Positions 47,956 through 50,952 of a stretch of 50,952 nucleotides of DNA are shown one piece after another (position 1 is the first letter of the stretch; every line of letters begins with the position of its first letter). The notes beneath the pieces are model-generated. The model searched no databases and was not told the origin of the DNA. It saw nothing but the letters and a program-made list of their open reading frames with translations. The position numbers and the translations under genes were made by a program. Source of the stretch: Pseudobdellovibrionaceae bacterium (GTDB lineage Bacteria; Bdellovibrionota; Bdellovibrionia; Bdellovibrionales; Bdellovibrionaceae); assembly GCA_036559425.1 (NCBI GenBank), contig DATBTE010000389.1, positions 1 to 50,952 on the forward strand, in the 5' to 3' direction.

Positions 47956-48237
47956 GTGAAAACAATCGAAGAACAGCAGAAAGAGTTTAAGCAGTGTGGT
48001 GATGACTTTGCAGATGCCGCCTTTCCTTGTACTTTGGAATTTACTTACGAAGCGAATCCTCACATGAAGTATGTCATTTCTTCTAAGGGATTAAGTAAGC
48101 GTGAATATTTCGCAGCTCAAATTATGACTGGCATGATGACAACACCTGACAATATAGGTCACAGAAAGATATCGGCGCATTTAGCAGTGGAGCTTGCGGA
48201 CGAACTCATTGAAGCACTAAACAAAGAAAAAGACTAA
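47956..48237 (+). CDS. Phage protein of the G(L/M)(S/T)xR(E/D)YFAA family
   Basis: AAFP...GLSKREYFAAQIM...AVELADELIEALN. Confidence 0.75.
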   Translation: MKTIEEQQKEFKQCGDDFADAAFPCTLEFTYEANPHMKYVISSKGLSKREYFAAQIMTGMMTTPDNIGHRKISAHLAVELADELIEALNKEKD

Positions 48238-48256
48238 GCACGTAAAGGGGGTATGA

Positions 48257-48412
48257 ATGGACATCATAGCAAATATATTCTGTTTCATAATCGGTCTTGC
48301 GGCGGCGGTTTGTTACTATCATCCGAGAATTCGGGTGTTTGAAGTTGTGGTTGAGGATTTGATAATTAGAAATAGCTTGAGAGAGATGAAAGGGAAGAAT
48401 GAAAAAAACTAA
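48257..48412 (+). CDS. Small membrane protein (51 aa)
   Basis: SD GGGGG; N-terminal TM; overlaps xis. Confidence 0.5.
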   Translation: MDIIANIFCFIIGLAAAVCYYHPRIRVFEVVVEDLIIRNSLREMKGKNEKN

Positions 48413-48581
48413 ATGGATCACAACGAAAGCAGCGGGTGAAGAAATCGGGCGTACTGCCAGGACTATCCAAGATTATTGCAAAGCCGGACGTGTTCAATGC
48501 GCTCGCTTTGGCCGATACTACATGATTGACAGTAAATCATGGGAGGAATTCAAGGCCCGGCATATAATTAAAGCATCGTAG
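48399..48581 (+). CDS. xis: Excisionase-like MerR/HTH_17 protein
   Basis: WITTKAAGEEIGRTARTIQDYCKAGRV..RFGRYYMI; immediately before int. Confidence 0.8.
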   Translation: MKKTKWITTKAAGEEIGRTARTIQDYCKAGRVQCARFGRYYMIDSKSWEEFKARHIIKAS

Positions 48582-48584
48582 GTT

Positions 48585-49685
48585 ATGGCAAATTCAAAGC
48601 TCAAAAAGTTCAAAGACAAAAAAGGGAATGAATATCCTTATCTTTTTATCGACGAAAAGACCGGGGAATTCTATGCCGTGAAACGAATTCACTTGGCCAT
48701 TAAAAAGAAACCTCTCGGCAAAGAATTCACAAAAGCGCGGTCTCAGGTTTTGACCGCAATCCAAGAAATGATGCATGAGAAACCTAAAAAAGTAGGCTCT
48801 GCGCTCATTAAAGATTTCTATGAAATAATGCTCGCTGAAAAAAAAGCCATGTCGATAAAAGAGTCAACGCTTCGGCGCATGGATACTGTTTGGCGAAATA
48901 ACATTGAACCTTATTGGCAATATTTGACTCCTGAGGAAGTCGATCAAGATCAAGTTACAAAATTCATGACCTGGCATCGACGAAATAAGCCCGGGGTTCA
49001 ATTCTCAAATACGTTTAAATATCTGGGCAATATCTTTCAAGTCATGGTCGATCGAGACCATTTAAGCCCGGGGAAGCGTCCGAAACTTATTATCCCAAAA
49101 GATGAGCAAGCCCATCACGACAAAGACAAAGGCCGCTACATTACCGACAAAGAGATTACGGCCGTACTTGAAAAGGCCGATGACGTCACTTACTTGATGA
49201 TTCGAATTGCTCATATTTGTGGCAATCGAAAAATGGAGATTGGATCACTCGAAAAAGAGCGGGTGATTTCGTCGGGCAAGCATTACGTGATCGTATTTGA
49301 TACCGATGACACAAAGACCGGCATGGCCCGGGAGGTTCCGCTTCCCAAGGATCTGACCGAGAAAATTGCCGCTCAAATTGCATCAAGCAAATCAAAGTTT
49401 CTATTTCCCATGCATTCTGATCCGGAGCGCCACGTTTACCCGAAGGTTATTGATGACGGTTGGGATGCTGCCAAGGCCGCCGCTAAAATAAAAGGCCGCA
49501 TGAGGTTCCACGACCTTCGTCATACCGCTGCCAGAAACTTCGCAAGTGCTAATGTGAATCCAATTATTGCCTGCACAATTTTAGGGATGAGCCTTGCGAC
49601 ATATCAAAAAGTTTATTGCAAACTGAAGGCTTCAGACTTGATAATAGCCGTAGAGCAAAGTGCTGCCCGATTGGGGGCAGAATGA
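48585..49685 (+). CDS. int: Tyrosine integrase
   Basis: GNRKMEI (R), TKTG (K), HDLRH, ILGM, VY; adjacent to attR. Confidence 0.93.
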   Translation: MANSKLKKFKDKKGNEYPYLFIDEKTGEFYAVKRIHLAIKKKPLGKEFTKARSQVLTAIQEMMHEKPKKVGSALIKDFYEIMLAEKKAMSIKESTLRRMDTVWRNNIEPYWQYLTPEEVDQDQVTKFMTWHRRNKPGVQFSNTFKYLGNIFQVMVDRDHLSPGKRPKLIIPKDEQAHHDKDKGRYITDKEITAVLEKADDVTYLMIRIAHICGNRKMEIGSLEKERVISSGKHYVIVFDTDDTKTGMAREVPLPKDLTEKIAAQIASSKSKFLFPMHSDPERHVYPKVIDDGWDAAKAAAKIKGRMRFHDLRHTAARNFASANVNPIIACTILGMSLATYQKVYCKLKASDLIIAVEQSAARLGAE

Positions 49686-49882
49686 GTCAAAAAGCTCTGT
49701 CTTGTTTCGGATTTGTACCGGATTTAATAGCCGGATTCTTGCAAATGCGCGTAATTACACGTCTAAATCAAATTTCAAAAGAGTCTTGTACAGACCACCA
49801 ATTTTCTTCGGTTCTCTTTACTGAGGGCTACAGAAATTTCAGTGTAGAGAGAAAAAATCGTTTTTTAATGAAAATAAAATAA
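49682..49882 (+). CDS. att-spanning ORF (66 aa in the lysogen; 126 aa predicted in the excised circle)
   Basis: ATGA overlap with the int stop, GGGGG SD; crosses the att core in frame with 12319-12600. Confidence 0.4.
   Translation: MSQKALSCFGFVPDLIAGFLQMRVITRLNQISKESCTDHQFSSVLFTEGYRNFSVERKNRFLMKIK
49703..49724 (+). promoter_or_regulatory. Probable integrase arm-type sites (right arm)
   Basis: TGTTTCGGATT-TGTACCGGATT; matches 12475-12495. Confidence 0.65.
49781..49803 (+). repeat. attR core (23 bp), duplicated tRNA-Val 3' end
   Basis: Identical to 12319-12341. Confidence 0.97.
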
Positions 49883-50233
49883 GTTCGTTTAGTAAGTTGA
49901 CTATGAATGAGTCAAAGCGATTCATAGACTCACAATATTTTTATCGTAATTACTAAAGCTTCAAATGAGCTTCCGATCAAAGTCATAAATTTTATGTCTA
50001 ATGGCGTATCGGGGGTCGTTCATGAGAATGCTATTGTTGGTAATGTTGCAAAGTTTTGTTTTAACCGTATTTTTCACCATGATTTCCCAAGCTGACGTGC
50101 GCACTTTTCCTACCAAGAATTGTCGCGATAACTTTTTTAATTTGAAAAAATATGAGCGCCGAAGCGAAGCGCCCAAAAGTTTTAAATAACTTAGTTCGTG
50201 TTGTAACATAAGATTTCTTTGTGAGAAGGCCAC

Positions 50234-50815
50234 ATGATTGATTTTTATAAAATGGAAACGCCAGATGGCTCTAAGGTTCATATTCTTCTTGAGGAGCTGG
50301 GGATGAAATACCAGCTCCGATCTCCAGAAGCTGATTATTTGAAAATCAGTCCCTATGGAGGGGTCTCGGCGATCATTGACCTGGAGGGCGAGTACAGTGG
50401 ACAGATTCCAATCTTTGAATCAGAGGCCATTCTTAATTATTTAGCAGAAAAATCTCATCACTTTCTGGGGGCCAATGAATTTGAAAAAGCCCAGGTGATG
50501 TCTTGGCTTATGTTTCAGGCTTCGGTGGTGGGACCTACTTTTGCTAATTATGAGTATGCTAAAGAGAATGCTATACCCTTGATGCTGAAGCATTTTGAGG
50601 AAGAATCAAAAAGACTTCTAGGGATGATGGATGCGCGTCTTGCTGAGAAACCCTACTTGGCCGGAGATTTCTATTCGATTGCGGATATCGCTACATATCC
50701 TTGGATTGCGGAAACTTTGAAATCTAGAGCGGAGTGGTATGAAGCCACTCCTTATCTTCTCCAGTGGGCCGAGCTTATGGGACGGCGTCCGGCTGTTCAG
50801 AAGGCTTTTCAATAG
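50234..50815 (+). CDS. Glutathione S-transferase (YfcG-like), host
   Basis: TPDG.KV.I.LEE, IFESEAILNYLAEK, YLAG..YSIADIA.YPW, RPAV. Confidence 0.92.
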   Translation: MIDFYKMETPDGSKVHILLEELGMKYQLRSPEADYLKISPYGGVSAIIDLEGEYSGQIPIFESEAILNYLAEKSHHFLGANEFEKAQVMSWLMFQASVVGPTFANYEYAKENAIPLMLKHFEEESKRLLGMMDARLAEKPYLAGDFYSIADIATYPWIAETLKSRAEWYEATPYLLQWAELMGRRPAVQKAFQ

Positions 50816-50952
50816 TGATTTTTTTGAAATCCCATAATTTTTGATCCAAAAGCTGGCTAGGATTTATATTGCTTAAAGATGTCATGATGGAAGCGCCGAT
50901 ATGAGGAATATCTTTTTCCAACTCTTGAATCAGTTTTTTCATCTTTTTACGT

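Larger units (their letters stand above)
12319..49803. mobile_element. Apparently complete temperate podovirus-type prophage, ~37.5 kb
   Basis: att direct repeats, int/xis, cI/cro, RecT/YqaJ, initiator, terminase, portal, capsid, adaptor/nozzle, ejection proteins, lysis genes; no tape measure or tail tube; no obvious frameshifts. Confidence 0.96.

Noticed and set aside
49570-49620. Integrase inactivation (LGM instead of LGH)
   Set aside because: This position varies among tyrosine recombinases; R, K, HxxR and Y are present and the ORF is intact
12576-49685. Stop-codon recoding in the prophage
   Set aside because: Long genes are intact in the standard code, and TAG/TGA stops coincide with coupled starts
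49961-50281. Short ORFs between attR and the GST gene
   Set aside because: AT-rich, mutually overlapping and without motifs; cannot support either

Overview
Bases 1-12338 are ordinary host chromosome: miaB, a DUF151 nuclease, gamma-carbonic anhydrase, guaB, guaA, an AgmX/PglI-C-like protein, dnaE, two exported proteins and tRNA-Val(GAC). The proteins look Bdellovibrionota-like, which is my inference from recalled similarity, not a database result. Bases 12319-49803 are an apparently complete ~37.5 kb temperate podovirus-type prophage inserted in the 3' end of tRNA-Val, bounded by a perfect 23-bp attL/attR repeat. Its order is HTH/replication, an array of small accessory genes, endolysin and VRR-NUC, terminase, portal, scaffold, capsid, fibre, holin/spanins, tail adaptor and nozzle, ejection proteins, exclusion-like genes, a two-part immunity region, RecT/YqaJ, xis and int. 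A host GST gene follows. The main candidate for a new system is an open reading frame that exists only after excision. It starts on the int stop codon, crosses attP and an intrinsic terminator, and ends inside the first gene of the replication operon, which suggests an excision-gated translational switch. Other notable items are a signal-peptide-bearing fibre, a 62-aa module shared by two virion proteins, a non-canonical tRNA(AAU), two structured intergenic RNAs, an Acb2/Tad1-like sponge, a CFI-box-like domain on an ejection protein, and a conserved late-gene leader hairpin. All family calls come from motif recognition by eye; no searches were run.
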